From: Callorhinchus milii
Taxonomy: Eukaryota
Reading direction: 5' to 3'
Assembly: GCF_018977255.1 (NCBI RefSeq)
Contig: NW_024704821.1
Coordinates: forward strand, 1-64,000
Length of the DNA stretch: 64,000 bases
Below are positions 49,715 to 62,444 of this stretch, piece after piece. The notes beneath the pieces were generated by a model, which was given only the letters and a program-made list of their open reading frames with translations, ran no database searches and was not told the origin of the DNA. The first letter of the stretch is position 1; each line of letters starts with the position of its first letter. Position numbers and translations under genes: made by a program.

Positions 49715-50473
49715 TCTCTCACCGCTGGGAGATACCTTCACACCCGAACACCTCAGAGTGACTGTGAGTAATACAGGGCTGTTTTGTAGGAGCGTTGGAG
49801 ACTTGGTTTTTTTGTGATGAACAGCGTCGCATCATGGCTGGTGTCAGCGGCTTTGACGGGTGGGCGGGGGTGGTTTGGTGGTGGGAGACCCTACCTGAGG
49901 AAAGGGACTGACTAACTGTGCGTTAGGGCAGGGGACAGGAGAGGGGGATTTGGGGATTGACATTTGAACACTCAGTTCTTTTTAAATAGACAATTTACAA
50001 GAAGCCAAACTGAGGAACCATAAACTGGGTCAAAGGCTGTGTGATGTTAAGAGGAGCGTTACTGAGAATTGGGAAACGAAAACAAAGAAGATACCACCAC
50101 ACCTTTACCTTGGAGTGAGTTTTATTTCAGTGACCAGCAGCTGATGGGGATGTCGGTCAAGGCAGCAGGGAGTTAATGCCGTATATATGATGATGGGTGT
50201 GAAGGATGAGGGAGAAATACGAGTAAATGAGTATCGGGTAATGGTGGCTACAGGAGCCCTGGTGGATAGAGGGCTGATACAGAGAGTGGGGGCTGCAGAG
50301 CCGCACCGAGGAAGAGGTGCAAGCAGCCACTGGTATGCATACTTTGAAATAAATCCTGTGAAGCGCTTTAACTCTTCTCAATTGCACGATGAGGCGCAGT
50401 ATTAAATTCAATGATTAAAAATTATCTTTGTTTCGGACTTCATGTCTCTACAATTCTGTGTGTGTATGTGTGC

Positions 50474-50475
50474 AT

Positions 50476-50523
<48 letters not shown>

Positions 50524-50765
50524 CCTTCCATTTGATATAGCGCTTTTCACGTCGGGAGGACGTCCCAAAGCGCTTCACAGAACACACTGTAAAGTGAATT
50601 GACTGTATATATCATGTAATCACACAGGCAATCACACACAAATACACACACAGGCACACGCGTACAGGCACACACACACACAAGCAAACAAACACACAAA
50701 CACACACATACAGGCACCCACTCACATACACGTACAAAAGGACACACACACACACACACACACGA
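50474..50765. repeat. (TAA)n SINE tail, SINE 3' fragment and CA-rich microsatellite
   Basis: Seen directly. Confidence 0.85.
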
Positions 50766-51256
50766 ATTCCCCCACCATAACAGGATTTTTTTAAAATAGG
50801 TCAACTGTCAGACTAACATCTGTGCTGAGATCAAACCCGCTCGCTCCTCTTTAGATTTATTTACAGTGGAGTAGTCTGTCAATAACAAAGTGAAATAATA
50901 AAAAATGATCATTGCATTTGAAACAGCGACTGATCACATTTTCCAGAAGTTTCAAAGCGCTTCACCGGATACACATTAATATCTCGTGACTGTATATTTT
51001 GTGTGTGAAACGCGGTTGCCAATGGCACTCATCGACGTCCCTCTCAAAGTCCAGGATTGAGTGAACAATTTAATAAAATTAATTTTTAATGGGTGCTCTA
51101 ACAACTAAGCCACAGGACGTCATTGGGCTGGAATCGTCTTGAAAAGAGGTTTTCGTTTAAAGATAAAATAAAGAAAGCAGATTTGTTTGGGGTAACATTG
51201 TGCCTCAACGTTAGTTGGGTTTGCGTACAGGGAAGTCATTGCCTTGCAGCACTGTG

Positions 51257-52146
51257 CATCTGATCTTAAGCCACAAGCGTACGTGGCAGAGTCAGTGACA
51301 ATGACACTGAGAATGATTTATGTGGTTTGTTCCTGATTCTTGTCCAGATGTGAAGTGAAACGGCCTTTGGCGTAATCTGCAGTGTTGTCTACCCCATTGG
51401 TATGTCTGTAGAGAATGTATTGGGGAGCGCAGACCTGGGTGATGTCTGTACCAGTACAGAGCAACATAGGTCGAGCTGGTGGTATATGAGCAGCTCAGAC
51501 TCACTGTGCCTCCCTCTTGTTTGCTCAGCCCCGCTGTCCGCTGTCTGACTGGATCTCCCAGCACCACATCTGCAACGAGAGGAAAGGATCAGCTTGAAAC
51601 ATGGCGCTATATTACTCCTGTAGCCCAGTGGACAGTGCACTCGCCTCGAAGGGGATGGGACTCGGGTTTTTTTCCCTGACACGACAGGGATAAACTTTGG
51701 GAAGTTTCCTATCTATACATACGCCTCTGTTTACCGAGCAGTAAGTAGGAACCCAGGTGTTAATCGATTGGCTAAATAATGTGTGGTCACTCAATCCACG
51801 ACTGTCTGAGGGGAAAATGCTGTGCGAATTAAGATGCCACTTTTCGCCCACAAAATCACTATGCAGTCAAGTATATGCTTTCAAGTGGTTCGAGATACCT
51901 CCAAAAGAGGAAAAGTCGCTATATCGAATGCAAGGACTATCACTATTATTATTATTAATATTACGCTTCCGCAACTAATAATTTGACTAGTAACCCACTT
52001 TGGGAGACAAAGCCAAGAATGTTAAATAGCTTGAGCCTTCCTCCAGATGAGGCAGTCTCTGTATAAATATCAATCTGTTTTGTATGTTGCATGGCCTCAC
52101 CTGACATAAAGCTCAACAGGAGAAGGTAATCCATGAACAGTCGCAT
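51257..52146 (-). pseudogene. Family Q V pseudogene (leader 52101-52146, V exon 51257-51569)
   Basis: +1 frameshift after HHPGL, in-frame TAA in FR3, weakened nonamer. Confidence 0.85.
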
Positions 52147-53269
52147 TGTCGCCATTCAGCAAGAAGCCTTTCCCACCAGAGTTTGACGATGGACAGTGTT
52201 TACCAAAGGTGACGAGTTTCAGCATCACATCCGTGATCGCACAGCAGTGTTTCCTTGACAAGTTTACGTGACCTTGTTGTCAGGCTAATAACTATGGGCG
52301 TTGGGCTACACTCAATTATATGTTCAGTGGCTTTATCTCCACCAAGTTGAAGACAATATTGATGTGAATAAAGTTTTGGTGAGGAAGAATCAAAATAATC
52401 CTTGCATTATTTAGAGCTTATTTTTGACAACAATTGCAACAATAAATTACATTACGCAGCGATTTTCACAAATCGCTTTACAATGAAGGCTTTTGCGCTG
52501 GATCTGCAGATTAGGATGAGAGAGGGGCGGAGAGCATGGAGAGGGGAGGAGGGATAATCGCTTAAAATACGGTTTAAAACGGTTGTCTTGAAATGGAGGC
52601 GAGAGGACCGATAAATTTTATTAGATACTTTAGATCCTCTTCCACCTTTAAATGCTACCAATGTCACTACCGCCCACCCTCAGCGAATGGTACAAATATT
52701 ACCCACCCGGACACTGACTTCGCTCTGTCAGGATATCGCTGTTGTTTCGAGTCGTTCTGTGGGATCTTTATTATCCAACTGAACATTCAAGGTTTGAGTG
52801 ATCAACATTAATTTGAAGGGATTATTACTTCTTGGAAAAGCGTCCCGTTGATCGATGTACAATCGGGTCCTTAGTCACTCCTCGGTAAACAAAAGCCTGT
52901 GTGAGGAGCGATGAAACTTGCCTATGGTTTCACCAGGCTCGGGATCCAACCCGGGTCCTCTAGTTTGAGAGTCGAGGATTATTCCCACTCCGCCACAGGG
53001 CTCCATTCAATTAATAAAACAAAAGAAACATGATTTCTTTTATTACAATCCCAAATGAAAGTAAATCAATAGCAGCTGGAGGTCTAATACCTAACTCAAG
53101 CATGCATTGTGTTCTGCATTTATTGTAACATATAATGGCGTGAAACTTTAGCTGACAATTTGGTGTGAGGTTAATGTGGTTTCCTCTGAGTCTGGCTGCA
53201 GGCAGATCATCCTGTGTAAACAGTGAAGGCAGTTCTTGTACGAGTCTTGCGTTGCAGTCTATCACTGTG

Positions 53270-54258
53270 GTGAGAATTAAGGCACAGTAATACACAGCGC
53301 TGTCAGACACCACCAGCTCTGAGATGGATAAACTGGTGGATGAATTGGATGTCTGTAGCTGAGCAGAGAAACGATTTCCAAATCCTATTCCTTTTACTTG
53401 ATCGTCATTCCCAGAATATCTCCAAATTATAAACTCCGGCTGTTTGTCTGGGTAATGTCGGTACCAAAAGAGATAGTAATAGCTTTCAGTCGTGGAATAA
53501 GTACATTGCAAAATCGCAATTTCTCCTTCTTTCTTCACCATCCTGGCAGCTTTCTGACTGACGGAATCACCAACACAGAGTTCTGTAATAAACATGGAAC
53601 AGCACGAACATATTATTCACTCAGTGCCTGAGTTATTTTTTGAGCGCCTTTGAACGTCCTCCCGACGAGAAATGCGCTGTACATAAGTCCTGTGTTAACA
53701 ATGAAATTATACGATTCAATGTATTTTATATAAAGCATTATCACATTCTTGGGAGGTCTTGATACGCTTCACAGAATTTGCTGTCGAGTTAAGTGCTGTG
53801 TATTTTGGGGGGAGAAACACGATAGCCAATTTCGCGCAGCAGTGCCTAAAATAAAACAGTGCTGGAATGTATTACCAAATAGTTATTTTTTAAAAAAGAT
53901 TATTTTCCTTGGAACATGGATCAGACAAACCACTAAACACGTTTTTGAATTGAATTATTATTTGAAAATGTATTACCTCCGGGTTACAAATCAAGGGGGA
54001 TTCTACTTACTGCTGTTTAAACAGAGGCATGTGTGTGCTTGAGCAGAGAGGAAACAAGCTTATATATTCATCCTGCCCGGGAAACGAATCCCTGTCATCT
54101 CGCTTGCGAGGCGAGAACTCTAACCACTGAACTAAAGGTTTCCCTCCACCAGTTGTTGTTGAAATGCAGTTGACAGTCAGCATCGACATGAATCAGCTCA
54201 ACACGGCCTCACCTGACATGAAGGTTCCCAGCACAAGACAGACAGCAAACAGCCTCAT
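53270..54258 (-). CDS. TCR alpha/delta V gene, family Z, intact (leader 54213-54258, V exon 53270-53582)
   Basis: Leader MRLFAVCLVLGTFMS. V …IAILQCTYSTTESYYYLFWYRHYPDKQPEF…SDSAVYYCALIL. RSS 53263-53269, 23 nt, ACAAGAACT (53231-53239). Confidence 0.92.
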
Positions 54259-54990
54259 TGCTGCTCTTCAGTCTGTGTGGTTGTGTCTGTGCCACCAGTT
54301 TGCTGATAACCCGCAGTGATTGTCGGCATTGGCGGAGCCACAGTCTCACGTCACGTCATTGGCATCTTAGCCGCGTTTCAACACAACAAACAATTGCTTT
54401 TATACAGTGGCTTTCACCAGGCACTGGGGGCAAGGAACCACTCAGCTCCTGGTAACTCTGCAAGCAAAAGCCCTAATATACAGTGATCATTAAAATAATA
54501 TCATAACAATCTTTGCGTTCGATGTAGGGACTCACCAAATTTTCCAGGTATCTCAAAGCGCTTCACAGCATCTGTGATCAGGTGCAGTGACTCTATATTT
54601 TGTGAGCGAGATGCGGCAGATTATTTTATTGAAGGTATTATTATCGGCGGAAAAGCAATTCCCAAATCAGGTTCCTACCTACTGATAACTAAGCATTGGC
54701 GTGTACAGTTAGGAGGCTTGCCCAACATTTCTCCCTGCCGAGAGTCGAACCCACCTCTCGATTGCGATGCATGTATTTTCACCACGGTTATGGCAAGAAT
54801 ATGTCATCGTGGGATCAATTAATTGTTTGTGTTACAATCAGAATTGCTGTTAATGTTATGTTCTCTTTGTGTCTTTTTCTCGTCTCCTTTCCCACAGGAA
54901 ATCGCTGCTGCGGCCAAGAAAGATAGAAGCACAAACCCACTAATGGCTGTTAGTTTTTGAACGAGTCTCTGACTGGTACCCATCACTGTG

Positions 54991-55840
54991 TGGTTGGAGA
55001 GCACAGTAATACACAGCGCTGTCAGACAGCTCCAACAGGGAGATGGTTAAACTGCTAAATTTTGTCGAGATTTGGAGCTCAATAGAGAACCGCTTTTTAG
55101 CAAAATCTGCTTTATATGTACTACCACCGGAATGCTGTTGAAGCACATACTGTGGTTGTGTTTCTTGTTTTTCTCGATACCAGTTTAAATAATAGCTGCT
55201 CAGAGACGTATCATAATGACATTCCATGGTCACACTTCCTCCTTCTTTCCCAATCACTGAAGCCACCTTCTGTGTCACAGAGTCTCCCTGTGTCAGGCCT
55301 GAAAGACAAGAGCGTGGAGTCCTGTAGCTCAGTGGTTAGAGCGCTCGCCTCGCAAGTGAGAGGACACGGGTTCGAATCCTGAACAGGACAGAGCACAACC
55401 TTAGGTAAATTTCCTTAACACACACAACTCTAGTTCCCCAAAAGTATGTAGAAAACTGATTGTTAGTCAATAAGCAGATGGCTTTCCGCGGATAATAACC
55501 CGGTCAAAAAGAAAATAAAACACTTTAAAATGGGGTCATATAATCCATGGTTATTTGGGGAAAACTCCCAATTGGCTTCCGCATTTCTCCCAAAAACCGT
55601 TAAGTCACTACTATTTACAGTATAGTCAATGAAGCGATTTGAGCCGTCTTCAAATCATATTGAAACCCAATACCAGATGCGAAAACTATTATTATTATGA
55701 TTAGTAAAACGAGGCAGAAAAGAGAAACCGATACAACGAAATGAGTTTTATAATTGATTTAACGTTTACTGTTGTTACACGAGATTACCTAATAAAATGG
55801 CAGACAGAGCCACAAACACACAGGATACTTCCGTCCCCAT
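54991..55840 (-). CDS. TCR alpha/delta V gene, X-related, canonical (leader 55789-55840, V exon 54991-55298)
   Basis: Leader MGTEVSCVFVALSAILL|gtaatc. V GLTQGDSVTQKVASVIGKEGGSVTMECHYDTSLSSYYLNWYREKQETQPQYVLQQHSGGSTYKADFAKKRFSIELQISTKFSSLTISLLELSDSAVYYCALQP. RSS 54984-54990, 23 nt, 54952-54960. Confidence 0.9.
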
Positions 55841-56004
55841 CACTCACTCCACAGCTGCGCTCTTTTGCTGGTAATATATTGCTGTTGATCTGCGATGTAC
55901 AACTCTGTTGCGGATGACAATTGATCGCTATGAACCCACTTCCTAAACAAATGACGTCGACATCATCCGGTCAATGTGGGAGGGCAGGTAATGTGTCACA
56001 GTTT

Positions 56005-56331
56005 AATAATAATAATAATAATCCTTGCATTTAACATAGCGCTTTTCACGTCCGGAGGACGTTCCAAAGCGCTTCACAGAACACACTGTAAAGTGAATTG
56101 ACTGTATATTTTGTGGGCGAACGCGGCAGTCAATTGCGCACAGTATTGTCCCACAAACAGTTGTAGATAAAAAATGACCAATTTATTACTGTTTTGTTTT
56201 TTGGAGGGATTATTATTAGGCTCTGTGTGGAGTAAGGAAACTTGCCCAAAGTTTCGCCCTCTGCCTGGAATTGAACTCAGGTCTCTCACTTGCAAAGCGA
56301 GTGCTCTAACCACTGAGCTACAGGACTCCAC
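56005..56331 (-). mobile_element. Same SINE subfamily, full length. Many older or partial copies occur throughout (e.g. ~13780-14005, 23070-23445, 39290-39515, 63420-63790)
   Basis: Reverse complement of 1440-1768. Confidence 0.85.
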
Positions 56332-56339
56332 CTCTGTTT

Positions 56340-56990
56340 GTCGTCTGGGCGCAGGGGGAGGGGAGAGTGAGTCTCCTTCGAGGCAATTCAATTTGGTGAC
56401 AGTCTTGGCAGCAAAATGTGGAGTAGATTTGTAGGTTTCCAGGATGTTACAAAGGTGCGATGGTACAATGCCATTGAAATATTTAATGGTTAGGTTGAAT
56501 ATCTTGAAATGCAACTCGAAACACAAAATCTGCAAATCTATCCGGCTGTGCCTCCACCTCGACCCCTTCCTTGCGTCCTTCAAAACAAATGGCAAGACCC
56601 GACTCTTCGACCGTGCTTTCGATCATCCTGCTACCCCACCTGACCTCAAAACTCCCCAAACCCGACCCCAGCTCGGGTCAAAAACTCTGACTGTTCAGCG
56701 ACCTGGAACTTCTTTCCGACGTGAAAGTCTCTCTTCAAATGAATATTGCGGTTGTTGTTGAGCTTGACCTTCCTGAGATTGGGAGCCAGTTGGTATTGGC
56801 TGGTAGCATAGACTGTGGAATCGTGTGTGGGAAAAGCAATGCGTACAGATTTCTGGATATCTAGCCATCTGTGAAGGGAAGAGGCATGTTATACTGTGAG
56901 CAGACCGTTGACATAATCCAGCCCGATCGCGATCAACACAAAGATTTAGATGTAGAATCATAGATCGATGCAGCGTAGACTACAGGATTA
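56340..56990 (-). mobile_element. Degenerate L2 ORF2 fragment
   Basis: LDYVNGLL…IQKSVRI and RFKIFNLTIKYFNGIVPSHL resemble L2 ORF2 motifs. Confidence 0.6.
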
Positions 56991-59206
56991 AAGATTTTCT
57001 TTCTATTATCAAGCCTGAGCTGAAAACCAGCCTATGATGGTGATACTTTAATATTAATATCAATATCAATATCAATATCAATATCAATATTAATGTTAAC
57101 ATTAACATTAACTTTAACATTATTAGTATTATCATTATCATCATCATGGTTGTCCAGTTCTTTGTAGCATTGCATCCAAGTAAAGAAACTGCAAACTAAG
57201 ACGCTGGATAATAATATACAAGTTCAGCTTTAATCTTCTACCCAATGAAAAACGAAAACAAATGACTGCATTGCCGTTAACGAAAGCTGACACATGCATT
57301 ACAGCAGTGAGATCCTCTTCAGGGCGGCTGGTTTTTTGGGCGAGAGACAATCATACAAAATATGAAATTGAAGTTGCCTCTTGAGCAAACTAACGTGATG
57401 CTTTAGACAAATCTTTGTAAATTTCAGTTGAAGCAGCAAAAGTGTACATGAGCGAACAGTGTCAACTGTAACAGGAAGCACCTGTTATTGCAGTCGAGGT
57501 CGTCAGTTATAGAAAGGAATGTGCTAAGTTATATCAATTGCAGCTTATGTTATATGTGCGCTTAGGGAGACATCTGTTGGTGGATTGTATCTACCGCATC
57601 TGTACAGTTGGAGGCATTTGATAGCCAATTGTTTTGGGCTCTTATTAACTTTGCGAGAACTATCTCCTCCATTGGAAGCATGTACCGTATTCTCATTTCC
57701 CAGCTCCTTCCTCATAGTGTCTGAGCTTCACTGGAACATTTGACTCCAATCTCTTTCACATTGTTTTCCTGTGACGTGTGTCGTTTCATTCTCGCTCCCA
57801 CACTTTAATTTAATTCCTTGCACTATTCAGAGCATTGAATCCCACTGTGTTCTAAGCCACAGAAATGTGACAGGTCTTATTACTGCCTGTCTGGAAATGA
57901 TTCAAGTGTTTTGTCACCCGCAATAGCACTGGGTCCTGAATCTGTGCAAATCTGTGTCCAAGTCCCTTCAAATTGGCAACTTGGCAGAGAGAGAACAGGA
58001 CAGGTATCTGTGGAAGACGGGTTTGTAGTGTTATGCGGGGAAATCTGGTGATTGGGGTTAGTGAAAGTGACGCTCTGTCAAAGAGCCGCACAGACTCGAT
58101 GGGCCGAATTGCCTCCTTCTGTGCCGTAACATTCTATGAAAAATGTTTTTCTCCAGAATGTGCCTTAAGAACTTCCTTTATGACAGTACCACTTGTCACC
58201 ATTCTTTCTCCCTCTTTCTGGGTCAAGTACCACCATTGTCAAGCTCAGCAAAAGCCACACTCACTGAAAGCACTGAACAAGAGAAGAAGGAAGCCGTTCA
58301 GACACGTGAGCATGTTCCAACGTTATATTACACAATTGCTATTCGATACCTCAACTCCAATTTCCAACCCTCGCCCGCATCCCAGACATGACAAATCTCT
58401 ATCAATTCAGTATAGAAAATAATAATGGATCCAGCATCCACCTATTTTTTAGTGAAAGTGTTCCGGATTCCATTACCAATTACGCGTGAAAAAATTACCC
58501 ACAATTGCTCTCCTTACTTGACTGGCTCTAACTTTAAAACGTTACACACTTGTAATGAATTCCCGCACCCACCAGAAACTGTTTTTTTCTGTAACTGGAG
58601 GAAACAGTTTCTCTGTAAGCAGAATAATTGCAACTTGTTATTTTGCATGTTTTTCTACGTAGTTAAGAAACGCAAGAAAAAGACACGTGCATGGGGCCGG
58701 TCTACTCAGAAAGCAAAATATGTCAAGTTATTTCTGTGAAAATATTCCGGCTTTACTTAATAATACTATTAGTATTCCTGGAGTGTAATGTAGCATCGTA
58801 TGATAACATCGCGTCGCCGAAAAGCGCTTGATAATATATTATATAAACAAAATGTCTCTATATTTTGCGGATGATAGATGGCAGCTAATTGCGCACATCG
58901 GTGGCGCATTGGATGAAGTCATCCATTTATTATTATTATTATTATTTTGAAGGCATTATTAGGCTCGGAAAACTGATCTACCTTTCGAATAATAGACCGA
59001 TTTCCGACTTACTGCTGGGTCAGAAGAGGCGAGTACGTGGAGTAAGGAAACTTGCTCAAAGTTTCGTTCTGCCGGAAATCGAACCCAGATGGTCTCACTT
59101 GGAGAGACGACAGACGAGTGCAGATAGACGAGTTCTCTAACTACTCAGTCGTAGGAATCCGCAAAGCAGTTTTTGTACGGCGGAATCGCTAATCTGTGCC
59201 TCTGTG

Positions 59207-59934
59207 GGGCTCAGTGCACAGTAATACACCGTCGAATCTCACTTGGGATATACTTAATGGGACGATTCTCTCCGCTTCATCCACATGCGTTGTGAAACGA
59301 TCTTTTGCAAAGTCTGCATGTCTAGGATTGTTCCTTTTGTTTGTCCAAAGGATATATTCTGGAGCTTTGTTTGAATAGTGACGGTACCAGAACAGATCGG
59401 GAAACGTGCTTGTAGTTGTATAATTGCACTGCAGATGAACAGCTTCCCCTTCATTCACTGTCACAGTAGATTGAAGCTGCGTCACAGCGTCTCCTCCACA
59501 ATGTCCTAGAAACCATACAAACAGCAGATTTGAATGCAATAATAATGATAATAATCCTTGAATTTGATACAGCGCCTTATAATGTCTTTGAATCATCTCA
59601 AATGTCGTCACAGAAAACAATTTAAGTGCATTTTCTGGGCGAGATGCAGTAGGCAATCATGGAGTAATTCACAAACAGTCGTGGCTTGAGTGATTTAATT
59701 ATAAATAGATTATTATACCTGCAGGATCCTTTCGCAAATATAAATACAACCGGAGTGCCATAACAACTGAACTACAGGACTCCACGGCACCACGATTCCT
59801 TTAGCATTTTGATTATTTAAGACAATAAAACAATCGCGTTGGAAAATATGTGCAGGAAGCAGACAGAGAGAATGAGTTTATCGCTTACCTGACAAGGTAA
59901 TAATGGCGACTGCCACATAGATGTACATTGTCAT
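59207..59934 (-). pseudogene. Family R V (leader 59889-59934, V exon 59207-59505), frameshifted in FR3
   Basis: Leader MTMYIYVAVAIITLS|gtaagc. V GHCGGDAVTQLQSTV…VHLQCNYTT…LFWYRHYSNKAPEY…; about 8 nt deleted before YYC relative to the paralog at 63834+. RSS CACAGAG (59200-59206), 23 nt, ACAAAAACT. Confidence 0.82.
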
Positions 59935-60919
59935 ATGTATTTAATGACACGGGGTGTTCAGAGAGTTGATGCTGTCGTTTGAGAATGCTGGCTGGGAGTC
60001 AGTAAGTTACCGTGAGGAGAGCTGCACAGGAACTGACATACAGAAATTGCCATATATTGTGATGGAGCAGGTCTGAGGGTTATGTACAAATCTTGTATCC
60101 CTGTCATTGTGCGTCATCTTCTCTGCTCTGCCATCTCGCTCCTCCATTGGTTTTCTTCCATCACTGACATGTTTTTGTTCAGCCGAGTGGAATAATAATA
60201 ATCCTTCCACTTGATATAGCGACTCACGGATACGTTTCAAATTTTCACAAAATATACAGTAAAATGAATTGCCTGTGTATTTTAGAGAGAAGCGCGGCAG
60301 CCAATTCGGAACAGCAGTATCGCACAAAGAGTCGTGGATTGAATATCCAATTTACTATGAATTTTTTTGAAAGAAATATGGAAGCGATCCGCCAATCGAA
60401 TACTGAACGTTTTCCTAATAATCTACGAGGTAAATAGAGGAGTGGAGTAAGGAAACCTACCCAACATTTCGCATAGACGAGAATCGAAATCATATCTCAT
60501 GCATGCGAGGCGATTGCACTAAACACTGAGATATTGGACCCAGAAGTCCTGGGCAAAGACTGTAATAAGTCGGCGACTTGCAGGAACGGTGAACCAGAAA
60601 CCTGATTGGCATCGCTTTTTCCAGGGATAATTGGCCCTTCAATAATAAATCAATAATAAAATAGATAATAATTTGGTCATTCAATCCATGATTATTTGAA
60701 GAAAACTGCTGTGCACAATCGGCTCGAACATAAGGACAAGGCCCAATATCAAATTCAATGATTATTAATATTATAATGCTGCAAAAGGTATAACAAGATA
60801 TTAGAAAAAGAAGGTATACAAAAGATACTAACGGCAAAGTAAGCTGAGAGTGATTGAGAGCACAGCACATGTCTCCCACATGAGCACCTGATCCCGTGTC
60901 TGACATTAACTCCCCAATG

Positions 60920-61215
60920 TGGATTGATGGGGCTTTTTGGATCAGTAGCCACACAGTCACAGCCCCAAACAGAGCCCCGCCCACACAGCCAACGCCTTGC
61001 CCACAGTGCTACGTCACTCAGTTACATCCTCGCCCCACACAGCCACGCCACGCCCACACAGCCACTGCCACGCCCACAGAGCAACGTCACTCAGTCACTG
61101 CCCGCCGCACTGAGCCGCATCGCCCAATCTCTGCCGTTGTTTTACAGAGCCCGCCCACACAGCGCCCCGCCCCCTCCACTTCCCCACACAAACACACAGT
61201 GCCACACAATCAGGT
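60920..61215. repeat. C/A-rich imperfect repeat (cccacacagcc / gtcactcag units)
   Basis: Low-complexity recurring motifs, which account for the spurious ORFs here. Confidence 0.65.
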
Positions 61216-62427
61216 CACTCAATCCACAACATTTTGTGGGCCGCTGTTTTACACAGTTGGCTACCACTTTGGGCCCACACAATACATTTAATGATCCCAC
61301 AAAGCCACCCCCCACTTCCACGCACCCTACAATCTCCACACACACACGCAGTTCCACAAGTTAACGCAACTGAACCCATAACTTTGTGTGGGACACTGCT
61401 GTCACATATTGCATAAAGCAAGACATCCACTTTTCAGGGTATTCTTTGAAGAGCTTTGAGACGTCTCAATGACCTAATATGGCAGTGTATCAAATCCATC
61501 GTTTGCTTTTATTATCGTTATTATTACACTGTTGAATGTGACATGACCTTACAAATGTTTTTAGTATTCGTGTTTCAGAAATGCTTTTATCCAAGAGAGC
61601 CTTGTCATTTAGTCGAAACGCCTCAGACCTCCTCAAACAAGTTGGCCTCCAATTTGTATACAGCACTTTCCCACAAACAGCTATGAATGAAAGATGAATT
61701 TAACCGATGGAAAGTTTGTCCAGACACCTGTGGAAAACTTGTTCTTTCTCGAGCATTACAATGGCAACACAAAAGTCCCTTCATGCAAGACGCCTGGACC
61801 TGGGTTTAATATCTCCTCGGTAGGACAAGCTTCACCCACAGTACAGACAGCCAGGCCTGTTCTAGAGTGTCAGACCAGAACAGCAGAACACAATCCAATC
61901 TGAATTTCACAGTGAGCACTTCGGTCGCTTTTGAATGTTTCAGTTGCGGGATGACATATCAATGATCTTTTATAATTATATAGTAATAAACGTAATAAAT
62001 AGCTTAATGTTCACGTTTAATGTAGTTGCCTGAACAAACTGTGAGGAGCAGATTTTTTTTTCACACTGCCAGTTTTTCTGATCTTGAATGCATTGCCTGA
62101 AAGGGTGGCAGAAGCCGATACTGTAACAAATGTCAACAGAGAATTGCTATTCCGCAGAGAAAACAATTTAAGAGCGGCTGCTAATCGAGAATAAAGGCAA
62201 TAATATAAAATAGGTGAGATAGAAATTGTTTCATGAGCAACCTAGGCCTTATGTTAATACTTTAGGCAAATATTTGTAAATTTCTGTTGAAGCAGCAATA
62301 GTGTGTATGAGTGAAATATGTCAACTGCAACAGGAAGCACCTGTTACTGCTGCAAAGGAAGGTAGTTACAGAAAGGAGCGTGACGTGTTATGTGAGTTGC
62401 AGCTCATGTTATTTGTGTTTGTTTAGT

Positions 62428-62444
62428 GCGCCATCTGCTGGTGG
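62428..62444 (-). promoter_or_regulatory. Candidate CTCF site CCACCAGCAGATGGCGC
   Basis: Close match to the CTCF core consensus. A degenerate paralog lies at ~57567-57583. Confidence 0.45.

Noticed and set aside
56760-56985. Acceptor followed by a superficially TCR C-alpha-like translation
   Set aside because: Another frame gives clear L2 ORF2 motifs (LDYVNGLL…IQKSVRI).
60075-60115. CACAATG…ACATAACCC RSS-like pair upstream of the R leader
   Set aside because: The spacer is 19 nt, fitting neither 12 nor 23, and there is no adjacent coding segment.
61700-61900. GLAVCTVGEACPTEEIL on the minus strand, faintly like a TCR C-domain B strand
   Set aside because: Single short motif with no other C1 features or exon boundaries; not supportable.
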